Origin: Candidatus Bathyarchaeota archaeon
Lineage (GTDB): Archaea > Thermoproteota > Bathyarchaeia > Bathyarchaeales > Bathycorpusculaceae
Direction: 5' to 3'
Length of the DNA: 64,000 bases
Assembly (NCBI GenBank): GCA_963775685.1
Contig: CAVZJV010000014.1
Span: 736,001-800,000 of the forward strand
The notes under the pieces were generated by a model that worked only from the letters and a program-made list of their open reading frames with translations, did no database searches and was not told the DNA's origin. The position numbers and the translations under genes were made by a program. Shown piece by piece: positions 1 to 9,275 of this stretch; position 1 is the stretch's first letter, and each line of letters begins with the position of its first letter.

Positions 1-704
1 TGGGTGTAAACGATTAAAGCGAAAGACTGAGCGTCCCCGTTAACTTCTGGAAAAGTCACTTGGGCCAAGCCTGCTTCATCTGTGGTTGTTGTGCCGCTTA
101 ATTTTGTGTAGGACGGATATTGGTTTTCGTTAACTATATAGAGACTGTAGATTACCGATGCGTCAGCAAGCGGGTAACCTGTACCATCAATACTAACGTC
201 AAAAGTTAAGTGTGGAAGAGGAACCGGTGAGATTGAGACCTTCAATAAAGGTGTCAAAGTAAGTTGGAATCCATAAGTTCCATATATGCCCAGCATCTTA
301 GACACATCCGAATAATTCAGAACCTTTGCGGATGGAACAAGAAGGCAACTTCCAAATTCCGCCGACACATTGCTGTAATAGGAACCAGTTCGTGGATAGT
401 AAACTTGTGATTCAGATGTAGCACCTAGCCGCATAAGCGAAAAAGGGCTAAGCCTGTATTGGGGATAATCAGGGTCCTGCAACCCAAAACAATCAGGTGT
501 ACTATCAGTTTTTCCCCACCCTGCTGGTAACCCTGGATTTAAAAGCAAAGTATCTAAAAGGTCGCTGGTTTTCGTCGACAAAACTCGATGGCTTTCATAG
601 ACGACCGCTGCCTGGATACTTTGACTAAACATCCCGATGAAAAGCAGTATTGCAACCATGAACACCGTTAGCGAAACCATATGGTCTACAGCTGCACTTG
701 CCAT
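1..704 (-). CDS. Pilus-locus membrane-anchored protein (pilin-like N-terminus), runs off window start
   Basis: ATG at 704 directly after the stop of the 706..1185 ORF; reads MASAAVDHMVSLTVFMVAILLFIGMFSQ..., a hydrophobic N-terminus; operonic with the pilus genes. Confidence 0.65.
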   Translation of the reverse strand, partial: MASAAVDHMVSLTVFMVAILLFIGMFSQSIQAAVVYESHRVLSTKTSDLLDTLLLNPGLPAGWGKTDSTPDCFGLQDPDYPQYRLSPFSLMRLGATSESQVYYPRTGSYYSNVSAEFGSCLLVPSAKVLNYSDVSKMLGIYGTYGFQLTLTPLLKVSISPVPLPHLTFDVSIDGTGYPLADASVIYSLYIVNENQYPSYTKLSGTTTTDEAGLAQVTFPEVNGDAQSFALIVYT

Positions 705-705
705 T

Positions 706-1185
706 TTAGGTAGTGCCTCCTTCAAAGGAAAGCCAAATGGAACTGGATGACTTATTCGCCGCGATTGATTTTACGTTATAACTTGTGTAGGTGATTCCGT
801 TTTCCCATGCAGCATTAGCTCCTAGTGTTATAAGGCTTGATGAATCACCGTTAGCGCCGACGAGGGAGAGCGTTATTTTCATTATCTTAGCAGAGGAAAC
901 TATAGTACTTACGTCCTGCAAAGTGATGGTGTAATTGTGATAATCTATCGTTTTGGGTGCATCAACTGTTGAAGTGAGATACCCGCTGTCATCAGATGCC
1001 CAGTTCATCGTAAAGTACAATTGCTGAACTGAACTAGCTAAGTGCCCAGCTATCTCTTGAAGTTCAAGATTATTTTGCTGGTCAGCCCAAGTGTTCATGA
1101 TTATGGTAGCTGCAAATGGGAAAAGGAAAATCTGCGCAATCAACACTGGAATCATAATCATGTACTCAATAGTTATGTGAACCAT
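706..1185 (-). CDS. Pilin-like protein
   Basis: N-terminal hydrophobic helix with early Glu (MVHITIEYMIMIPVLI) followed by a helical segment; in operon with TadC and ATPase. Confidence 0.6.
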   Translation of the reverse strand: MVHITIEYMIMIPVLIAQIFLFPFAATIIMNTWADQQNNLELQEIAGHLASSVQQLYFTMNWASDDSGYLTSTVDAPKTIDYHNYTITLQDVSTIVSSAKIMKITLSLVGANGDSSSLITLGANAAWENGITYTSYNVKSIAANKSSSSIWLSFEGGTT

Positions 1186-1196
1186 TTCACTTCCTC

Positions 1197-2021
1197 CTAA
1201 ACCTGCCCCAACGTGACAACAACGTTGCCAACATAGAATTCAACATGGGAGACTGAAGGGAAGTTGATTGTTTCTGTTGTTTCTTTAAAATTAAAGAATG
1301 ATGAATTAAAACCCTGAGCTGCTTTGGCAAAAGATACGGTAATTCTGACTTGGTCAACATTGTTTTCTATTATCTTCGAAATATCGTTTCCGCTCAGGGT
1401 TATTGATTGGGACCGGTATAGGTGGGTGCCACTTTCAAGAGTAGGCAGATAGAACTTGAAGAACCCGTTTGAACCAATCTCTCTCATTGTGGGAACAACT
1501 ACTGTTCGAATATAACTTCCATCATTCATGGGTATTTTTTCTATGGAGAAAACTTGGGCTATAGATGTTGAAGAACCAGACTGTACAAGCGAGCTACTAG
1601 CATAATCTGGAACACGCACAAAGGAATTATTGCCCATTGAGTATGATTTCACTGGCATGTTGTAGAGTATTATACCTGTTGTGTAGGTAACGGGTAGAGA
1701 TTTCCATCCCGAAGATGTATGAACTTCGATGCCGTAAGTGAGCACGTCTGGTTGAAAGCTGACTTGTCCATATCTGCCTGAGTAGCTGACGGTTTGGGTT
1801 CGACCAATTGTCCAAGCTATGTCGTCTATCTGCTGCGCAGTGGTGCTCATGAACTGTTGATTTGTACTGAATTCGTTTTCAGCCATTTTCATGCCCAGAA
1901 GGTTGTTGGCATAATTCATTGCTACCAGTATCATGGCTATGCCTGCAGCAGTCAGTATGACCGTTGAGATTGCTGGGCTTGCTGCCCTTTGGTCTTTGCG
2001 TAAACTTCTTCTACCGTGCAC
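1197..2021 (-). CDS. Archaeal type IV pilin-like protein with class III signal peptide
   Basis: Basic leader LRKDQRA then ASPAISTVILTAAGIAMILVAM, the typical prepilin cleavage motif. Confidence 0.75.
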   Translation of the reverse strand: MHGRRSLRKDQRAASPAISTVILTAAGIAMILVAMNYANNLLGMKMAENEFSTNQQFMSTTAQQIDDIAWTIGRTQTVSYSGRYGQVSFQPDVLTYGIEVHTSSGWKSLPVTYTTGIILYNMPVKSYSMGNNSFVRVPDYASSSLVQSGSSTSIAQVFSIEKIPMNDGSYIRTVVVPTMREIGSNGFFKFYLPTLESGTHLYRSQSITLSGNDISKIIENNVDQVRITVSFAKAAQGFNSSFFNFKETTETINFPSVSHVEFYVGNVVVTLGQV

Positions 2022-2036
2022 CTTTTTCAGTCCTCC

Positions 2037-3776
2037 TTAACCTAGCTTAATGAAGTTCGGAATCAATTTTGCAGCGATTATTGAGATTAACACCAAGATT
2101 GCGGCATGCTTGAAGCCCGCTCCTACGGATTCTTCGCTTATTTTTCCAGCCACGATTCCGATAAGGTAGCTGTTGAAGATGACTGATGAGATGAAGATTA
2201 CTTGCATCATGCTGTTGTCGCTTGGCGCAGAGTTTACCCCAGGAACAGTGATTCCCGTAGTCAAGCCCATCATCATTATCGTTGTTGCAACCAGCAGAAT
2301 CGAAGCTAAATAGGGCATCATCACGTAGGGGCGAACGGACATCTTCTTTTCTTTCTCAACTTCCTGTGTTAAGTTATTGAATCTTGCCAAAGACTCAATC
2401 ATGGGGATTGTTCCTCCGCCGACATCTATAGTTTCAACCAAGAGGAACATAACTACCTGCACCATCCAGCTGCGTGTACGGTGAAGGAAATCTGCCATGA
2501 CCTTTTTTATTGGAATACCCCAGGAAATCTCTGAACTGATTTTATGTAGTTCTTTGGTAAATGTACCGTAGTCGCGTTTGGATAGGGCTTCGATACATTT
2601 TTCTGGTGAAAGCCCTGTTTTTCTGACTTCAGTGAGGTCTCGGAGGAAACTTGTTACACCCTGTTCCATGCTGTTTCTAGTTTTTGATAATCTGATGTGA
2701 ATGATGGCTGCTGGAGCGGCTGAAATAAACAATGATACTGCTAACGCTATGGGCAAGTCAAGACCTATGGACTGCAACTCTGTGAAGATTGGAAGCTGCA
2801 TTGTTCCCAAGAAGTTTGAAAGCAACAGGAACACGAATATAGCTAACACGGCGGAGATACCGAAGACTTTGTAGGGGCGCATGTCCAACAGCGGCGTTTT
2901 TGGCTGCATACTATGTGCAAGGTAGATGAACATCATTGAGAGCATGGGCGTGAATATGTATGTGTATAGGAGTATGCCTGAATACTGTGATATGTCTGTG
3001 CTTGCGCTTGTTCCATTTTGGATGCCGTTTACGGCAAATAAGATGTAAAAGCAAAGAGACATCATTACCATGACGATTATGAAAGTCTCAAGCAACATGC
3101 CTAATCGTTCAGCAGCCGCTTTCACACGTAGTGCGCGGATTTTGAAAATGTCCTCGGCTTTGCGTTCAAGGTAGTGACCGATGTCGCCGCCTATGATGAC
3201 AGTCGAGGCGTAACCACCCAAAAAGTCTTTGAATATGTCCAGAGGAGTCTTTTTTGATGCAATATCAAGGGCCGATAGCGGGTCCACACCGAAGATTTCA
3301 ACGTCTTTTATGATATCTCTTGCTTCTTTGCTCATCGCGGGCATGAGGTCAACTTGAGATAAACGTTTGAAGCTGGTGTAGGGTGCAATGCCGCCTGAAG
3401 ACATAACGCTGATGTATGCTGCCGCAAAGGGCATTTCACGCTCTAAACCGGAGGACCTGTCACTCGCATTGTTCATGGGTACAATTAGGAATCCAACGAT
3501 TACAAACATAGGCAGAAAAGCTAAAGCAAGAATGGGCAAAAACCCATATAATAAAGCCACCGCTGCCGCAAAAATTGAAACAGGCATGGTTAACAATGCA
3601 ATGAAGAACATCATTGAAATGTACGTTTCAGAGTAAATTTTCACCCGACCCTTTTCCAGAGAACCCTTAATTTGTGGAAAAACCTTTTTCAGAAAGTATG
3701 GCGCGAAGCGACCGAAGAGGCGGAAGGACAAGGCTTCAAATTTATCTAGAAGCGGCAACCGGTTTAGCCTCCTCAC
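2037..3776 (-). CDS. Type II/IV secretion system membrane platform protein (TadC/FlaJ-like, two T2SSF domains)
   Basis: Repeated motifs EREMPFAAAYISVMSSGG and SFLRDLTEVRKTGLSP; multiple TM helices; adjacent to the ATPase. Confidence 0.85.
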   Translation of the reverse strand: MRRLNRLPLLDKFEALSFRLFGRFAPYFLKKVFPQIKGSLEKGRVKIYSETYISMMFFIALLTMPVSIFAAAVALLYGFLPILALAFLPMFVIVGFLIVPMNNASDRSSGLEREMPFAAAYISVMSSGGIAPYTSFKRLSQVDLMPAMSKEARDIIKDVEIFGVDPLSALDIASKKTPLDIFKDFLGGYASTVIIGGDIGHYLERKAEDIFKIRALRVKAAAERLGMLLETFIIVMVMMSLCFYILFAVNGIQNGTSASTDISQYSGILLYTYIFTPMLSMMFIYLAHSMQPKTPLLDMRPYKVFGISAVLAIFVFLLLSNFLGTMQLPIFTELQSIGLDLPIALAVSLFISAAPAAIIHIRLSKTRNSMEQGVTSFLRDLTEVRKTGLSPEKCIEALSKRDYGTFTKELHKISSEISWGIPIKKVMADFLHRTRSWMVQVVMFLLVETIDVGGGTIPMIESLARFNNLTQEVEKEKKMSVRPYVMMPYLASILLVATTIMMMGLTTGITVPGVNSAPSDNSMMQVIFISSVIFNSYLIGIVAGKISEESVGAGFKHAAILVLISIIAAKLIPNFIKLG

Positions 3777-5526
3777 TTTCTACTGTTTTGCGGTAGAATT
3801 CTTTCGGTCTAGCGTAGTATTCCGCAATATTTGTTGCAACTTCTTTGTAGCTTCTAATATTGCCTTTGCGCATCCAACGTAGCACTTTAGTTCTTCGATT
3901 CAGCTCAGTAACCAGTTGTTCACGTGTTATGCCTAAGCGTTCGGAGAAGTTGGTTAGCAAGAAGCTGGAGTCCATGTCGATGGTTTGCTGGTCTTTGATG
4001 GGGTCCCACCTGAAGGGGTTAACATATTTCTCTGAATCTATGATTTCGTTAACGGAAAGGACACGGCGGTAAGCTTTCTTCTGCCCATTCTTCACCAAGT
4101 GAACACGTTGCACTGACATGACAATGTTCATAAGAGGGATATAGGCAGGTGAAATATCCATAGGTTTTTGAGTTAGACGCCTTACTGCTGACTGGACGTT
4201 TTCAGCGTGCATCGTGCACATGCCACCGTGACCCGTTGCAAGAGCCTGGAATAAAACATATGCTTCTTGACCTCGAACTTCTCCAACAATCATCAAGTCG
4301 GGACGGTGCCGCATGCATGTCTTGACCAAGTCAAAGAGGGCAACTTCACCGACGCTGCTGCCGCCTAAACCATAACTTTGTCTCGCAATCAAAGAGACCC
4401 AGTTTTCATGCGACAGGTTCAGCTCAGCAGTTTCTTCGATAGTCATGATTTTGCTGCCAGGTTTAACAAGGCAGCCTAAAGCGTTCAAAGCGGTGGTTTT
4501 GCCCGCCGCGGTTCCCCCGAGGACCATAACTGAAGCGCGGTTTTCAAGACAAATCCAAAGATAAGCAGCCATTTCCTCGGTAAAGGTGCCTATATTGATG
4601 AGGTCAATAATCGAATATGGGTCTTCGCGGAACTTTCTGATAGTAAAAGCAGTTCCGAAAGGTGTGATTTCCCGTCTATACGCTACGGCGAGACGGTGTT
4701 TTCCTGGAAGCGAGGCGTCGACGATTGGGAAAGCGCTGCTCACATGTTTGCCTGCCATGTGGACAAGTTTGACAACCAAGTTGTCGACGTCTTCATCGTT
4801 TTCAAACTGCAGGTTAGTTTCGATGCTTTCAAACACGCGGTGCCAAATGTAGACAGATTTGTTTACTCCGTCACAGGAAATGTCTTCTATGTTAGGATCC
4901 CGCATCAATGGATCGATTTTGCCAAAACCAACCAAATCGCGTTCAGCGTGGTAGAGAATCTTATACCAGGAAACATCTGGGAGCCAACCAAGGCTGATGC
5001 GGTATTTGTCTACGATTTTTTTTGCTTCCTGCGCAAAAAACTTGCGTGGATCGGTTATTTCCTCTTTGGGTGACTCGATTTCGGCGAGCAGAATTTCTAG
5101 GATACGGTGGTATATGCCGCGTTCCATTGGATCAAGCTGGAGCTCGTCGAGGATATACTTGTGTTCACCTGTTTTTGCATCTTGAACTATTGCAACTTGT
5201 GCGAATGGCTCATAGAGTGGGTATTTGTCGATGATTTTTGCGCCTTTGTTTAGGTTTTTGGCTTGGGGGGTTGATGCAGGTTCGGGTTGTTTCTTTTTGA
5301 GGCTAAGGTTGAGTTTTATTTTGAAATTAATTTTTGGTAGTTTAGAGAGTTTGATTTTTTTTATGCGGTTAGCTACGTTTATGGTGGAGGTTTTTATGCG
5401 TAGTTTGAATGCAGCGCTGGATTGATGTAACTTTGTAGTGACTTTTTTAATTTTTTCTTTGATTTTTTGTTTTCGGTCTAGTGTTGCCATTTGTAGCTCT
5501 CTTTTGTATTTTGGGAAGCAAAACAC
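3742..5526 (-). CDS. Type II/IV secretion ATPase (TadA/FlaI/VirB11 family)
   Basis: Walker A GGTAAGKTT, Asp box TIEETAEL, Walker B region RHRPDLMIVGEVRG, His box TGHGGMCTMHA; true start probably MATLDRK near 5490. Confidence 0.93.
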   Translation of the reverse strand: MFCFPKYKRELQMATLDRKQKIKEKIKKVTTKLHQSSAAFKLRIKTSTINVANRIKKIKLSKLPKINFKIKLNLSLKKKQPEPASTPQAKNLNKGAKIIDKYPLYEPFAQVAIVQDAKTGEHKYILDELQLDPMERGIYHRILEILLAEIESPKEEITDPRKFFAQEAKKIVDKYRISLGWLPDVSWYKILYHAERDLVGFGKIDPLMRDPNIEDISCDGVNKSVYIWHRVFESIETNLQFENDEDVDNLVVKLVHMAGKHVSSAFPIVDASLPGKHRLAVAYRREITPFGTAFTIRKFREDPYSIIDLINIGTFTEEMAAYLWICLENRASVMVLGGTAAGKTTALNALGCLVKPGSKIMTIEETAELNLSHENWVSLIARQSYGLGGSSVGEVALFDLVKTCMRHRPDLMIVGEVRGQEAYVLFQALATGHGGMCTMHAENVQSAVRRLTQKPMDISPAYIPLMNIVMSVQRVHLVKNGQKKAYRRVLSVNEIIDSEKYVNPFRWDPIKDQQTIDMDSSFLLTNFSERLGITREQLVTELNRRTKVLRWMRKGNIRSYKEVATNIAEYYARPKEFYRKTVESEEAKPVAASR

Positions 5527-5659
5527 TATTAAATATTATGTCTCACTAAACATTATTGCAAATATGTTCTACACACATACAAACTCAAAAACACCCAAAC
5601 ACAACAAACCATTTTTAAACCTACAAAACATCACTTACAACACACAAGGAAGAATACCC

Positions 5660-6355
5660 TTGAACCAAACCCTAAAAATAATCAACCAAGCCAAAAAAGA
5701 AGGCAGAAAAGCGCTCCTAGAACCCGAAGCAAAAACCATCTGCACAGAATACGGTATCCCAGTCACCAAGTTTAACCTCGCAAAAAGCGAAAAAGAAGCC
5801 GCTGCACAAGCCGATCAAATCGGCTATCCAATAGTTCTAAAAATTGTCTCCCCCGATATTATCCATAAATCCGACGCGGGAGGAGTGATAGTCAACCTAA
5901 AAAACTCTCAAGATGTTTCAGCAGGATACAAAAAAATAGTCGAAAACGTAAAGAAATACAAAGCAGAAGCAAAAATTATTGGCGTGTTGGTGCAGGAGAT
6001 GGCGCCGCAGTCTACCGAGGTTATCGTAGGAGCTGTCAAAGACCCACAGTTTGGCCAGACCATTATGTTTGGACTAGGCGGAATATTCGTTGAACTTTTA
6101 AAGGATGTTAACTTCCGGATTGCACCCTTAACCGCTGGAGATGCAAAAGAAATGATAACTCAACTTAAAGCATACCCGCTCCTAAACGGGTACCGAAACA
6201 CTCCCCCAGCAGACATCAACGCCATAGTTGCCATATTATGCAACACATCTCACCTTGTCATGGACTACCCCGAAATCAAGGAACTGGACCTTAACCCTGT
6301 AATGGCTTATCCAGAAGGCGCAAAAACAGTAGACGCTAGAATAATCCTTGAGTGA
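5660..6355 (+). CDS. acdB: Acetate-CoA ligase (ADP-forming) beta subunit, ATP-grasp
   Basis: LLEPEAK, GYPIVLKIVSPDIIHKSDAGGV (phospho-His), DPQFGQTIMFGLGGIFVE, ELDLNP; likely TTG start at 5660. Confidence 0.9.
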   Translation: MNQTLKIINQAKKEGRKALLEPEAKTICTEYGIPVTKFNLAKSEKEAAAQADQIGYPIVLKIVSPDIIHKSDAGGVIVNLKNSQDVSAGYKKIVENVKKYKAEAKIIGVLVQEMAPQSTEVIVGAVKDPQFGQTIMFGLGGIFVELLKDVNFRIAPLTAGDAKEMITQLKAYPLLNGYRNTPPADINAIVAILCNTSHLVMDYPEIKELDLNPVMAYPEGAKTVDARIILE

Positions 6356-6763
6356 TAGTCTCAGAAGCAAGCCCTTCTTTCAAAAGGAAGCTTTTTTAAA
6401 AAAGAGAACTACCCATTGTTTTTTGACACTTCATTGTCGGACAAGGTTATTAAACTAAATAGACCGTAGCGCAATTAACCTGAGACATCAGCTCACAAAG
6501 CTGCCGTAAATTAGAAGCTAAGGCGATGCTAATAACCTATATAGCATATACCAACGTCATGGGCAACAAGATAATCTACAAAATAGTAAAAACCTAACTC
6601 CAACCCACATACGCCTATCGCAATACAAGCTTCGAAAACTTCTCTGCCTAAATGACAGAATGAAACAACATTTTTCACTCTTGATGCCACCAACTACTGC
6701 TCCAAACCTTAACATACATTAGCTCTTTAAAAATACCTCAAAAGATCACATATAAAAAACTGA

Positions 6764-6836
6764 CCGAATCAACAACATAGAAGTTGTTGTTGCTGTTGTT
6801 GTTGCAACTAAAAAACGCACACCAGTTACAACAATC
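6764..6836. repeat. (GTT)n-rich hairpin element, copy 1 (inverted copy at 50290..50370)
   Basis: Aligns over about 70 nt with the reverse complement of 50290..50370; arms 6799-6809 and 6824-6834 pair at 10 of 11 positions. Confidence 0.75.
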
Positions 6837-6949
6837 AGAGTATAGTGTTCTTTTGGGGAAAGTGTTTTGTTTTCCATATGCAACGCCAGTTTGGCCAGTG
6901 TGATTGTTCGGTTGGTTCTATGTTCTTGTTTTATTTCTGGTTTAGGCAG

Positions 6950-7849
6950 TTATGGAATTTGGTCTCGCCATGTGGGGAATATGTAGCCTGTGTAGATAAT
7001 GTTTGGCGCTACAAATTTTATTGCAGGCTCCTGTTCCAAGCTTTCTCGTATTTCTTTTAGTTCCTTACTGGTCGGGGTCCAAACCATGAACACGTAGGTG
7101 CCCGGGATGTTGCTAAAGCTCCAGTAGAAGATTGTGTTTGGGTAATGTTTTACCAGAAGAGCATTTGGTGTATTAGAGTTAGCGTCATCTTTTAAGGTAA
7201 CGTGGAATATGCTCATGATGTCATTTGAAGCGTCAGGGTACCATTCTATGGAGAACTGAATCAGAAAGTTGTTTACCATGTGTGATAATCTGTGGCGAAC
7301 CGTTTTGGTTGAAACACCAATTTCTTCAGCAACAATTGAGGCGGGTTTTCGTGAATTGTCTTTTAGGGAGCAAATGATTTTGTAGTCAAGTTCACAAAGG
7401 TCGTTTTTTAGGTCTTTTTTTACGTTTTTTAAAAGAGGCGGCATAGGGAACCCAGTCAAACCAACGATCGGCTCAGGCATGTCTGCGGTTTCCTTAACGA
7501 AGCGAACCAGCAGTTCGAGCTCACTTAGGTTTTTAAGGTAAGCACCAACATAGAGGACGTTTCCACCTGCCACTGCCAACCAGTAAATCGAACCTTGCTG
7601 CTCCATTTTTTGTTTCAGACTATAAACTGAGGTAGTTTTAGAGCCACCGAATATGAAAACATGAATGGCATTTTGGGCAAATATGCTTAATCCAGACGTG
7701 AACTTGCGGATTATGCCTATATCGATTAAGGACTGAATGCGGTTATGGACGGCGGTGACCGATAGATCCAGTTTTTCAGCAAGTTCCCGATAGGAAAGCC
7801 GGGAGTTGGCCAGCAAGAGTTGGCAAAGTATTACATCGACTTTGTCCAC
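6950..7849 (-). CDS. Lrp/AsnC family regulator, tandem duplicated (two HTH-RAM units)
   Basis: MDKVDVILCQLLLANSRLSYRELAEKLDLSVTAVHNRI and second HTH LDYKIICSLKDNSRKPASIVAEEIGVSTKTVRHRL. Confidence 0.88.
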   Translation of the reverse strand: MDKVDVILCQLLLANSRLSYRELAEKLDLSVTAVHNRIQSLIDIGIIRKFTSGLSIFAQNAIHVFIFGGSKTTSVYSLKQKMEQQGSIYWLAVAGGNVLYVGAYLKNLSELELLVRFVKETADMPEPIVGLTGFPMPPLLKNVKKDLKNDLCELDYKIICSLKDNSRKPASIVAEEIGVSTKTVRHRLSHMVNNFLIQFSIEWYPDASNDIMSIFHVTLKDDANSNTPNALLVKHYPNTIFYWSFSNIPGTYVFMVWTPTSKELKEIRESLEQEPAIKFVAPNIIYTGYIFPTWRDQIP

Positions 7850-8006
7850 AGTTTCACTTCAGCCCCCTAATAAGGCATAACAGTTTAAAGACTTTGAGGC
7901 TGACCGTAAAATTTCTTAAGGGTTATTCCTACATTTCAATAACTTTTATAACAGTATTACTTGATAAGTTAACGGTTTTAACTACGCCAACTGAAGAGAT
8001 GCAAGC

Positions 8007-8756
8007 ATGAGTTTCATAGAACCAAAACTTTTAGAAACCCTTTTCGCGGGTTTTATAGTAGCCGTAGCGTTCCCAATCGGTGCCCTAATCGCAATCTACG
8101 TAAACTACTCCGCCGCAAGAAGAGCACTTTTTGCCGCGTTTGGCGCAGGCATATTCCTCGCAGCCATAATGCTTCTCACACAGGAATCCCTAATTTTAGG
8201 AAACGTTTTTGATTTGGTTTTGGGGTTCAGTCTTGGCGCCGCCACGTTTGGTTTAGCCCAAAACTACATCCGACGTTGCAAAGCCTGCACATTAAAAGAA
8301 CGAAAAGAAAAACGGCAAAAAACCGAGGGAAAACTCTCAGTTATTGGAACAATCTTAGATAGCGTACCTGAAACGCTTTTTGTTGGAATAATTGCAGCCC
8401 TAAATGAGCCAAGTCTTTACGCTGCGGTAGTGGTGCTTTTTTTGGGTAACATAGCAACCACTTTGGAGGGTGCGAGAATTATGCATAATCAAGGAATGTC
8501 TAAACGGGACATTATGCGGGACTGGATTATAGATTTCCTGATCGTTGGTTTGGCTGCGCCTATGGGGTATTTTCTAGCTGGAGCAGTAAGCAACGATATC
8601 TTGGCAGTAGTGTTGAGTTTTGCCACTGGAACCTTAATTGTGTTCATAGCAGGCGAGCTCATCGCTCGAGCCTACAGAGAATCCACAGGACACAGCGAAG
8701 ACCTCGCCATATCCGCCGGTTTCCTGATCGGCGTCATTCTACTGTTTGTATTATAA
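8007..8756 (+). CDS. ZIP-family (ZupT/GufA-like) metal transporter
   Basis: About 8 TM helices; AFGAGIFL, LDSVPE and NIATTLEG motifs resembling ZIP TM4/TM5. Confidence 0.7.
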   Translation: MSFIEPKLLETLFAGFIVAVAFPIGALIAIYVNYSAARRALFAAFGAGIFLAAIMLLTQESLILGNVFDLVLGFSLGAATFGLAQNYIRRCKACTLKERKEKRQKTEGKLSVIGTILDSVPETLFVGIIAALNEPSLYAAVVVLFLGNIATTLEGARIMHNQGMSKRDIMRDWIIDFLIVGLAAPMGYFLAGAVSNDILAVVLSFATGTLIVFIAGELIARAYRESTGHSEDLAISAGFLIGVILLFVL

Positions 8757-9275
8757 AGCTGCAACTAATCTCCTGTTTGTTCAGAAAACAAAAAATAAGG
8801 AAAATCCAACAACAATATGACAAACAAAAACAAACCAAGTGGAAATCGTAGAATCTGCTTCATCTACTTCCCCATGACCGTCCGATCTAGAGTTATCTTG
8901 GTTTTAGCGATCTAACTCTGTAAACCCAGACTGATATTAACTTTTCAAGCTATGAAACAGTCGAGCATTCGGAGTTTGCCAAGTATCAAGATAGGGCTTA
9001 TTGTATAATAATTTGTTGTCTGAAGCAAAGCTAAGGCTAAGACCTACAACCAACTTAGGAACATGTTTTTTCTAACTAATCTGCCGGCCTTAGGAGACTT
9101 AAAAACTATTCAAATTGAAATAAAATTAAGATTTTTAATCGAAAACATTAACTTTTGTTGTTGTCAGCACCGCTTTTAACAAAGATATAAATAATAAGAA
9201 TTAAGAAAGATTGTTTTGGGCAATAGAATGTTTTGTTTTTAGTCTTTTGCCTAAATTCTTAAAGGAGAAGAAAAA

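Noticed and set aside
5438-5659. N-terminal extension of the AcdB ORF
   Set aside because: Overlaps the ATPase start and an AT-rich promoter region; family similarity starts near the TTG at 5660.
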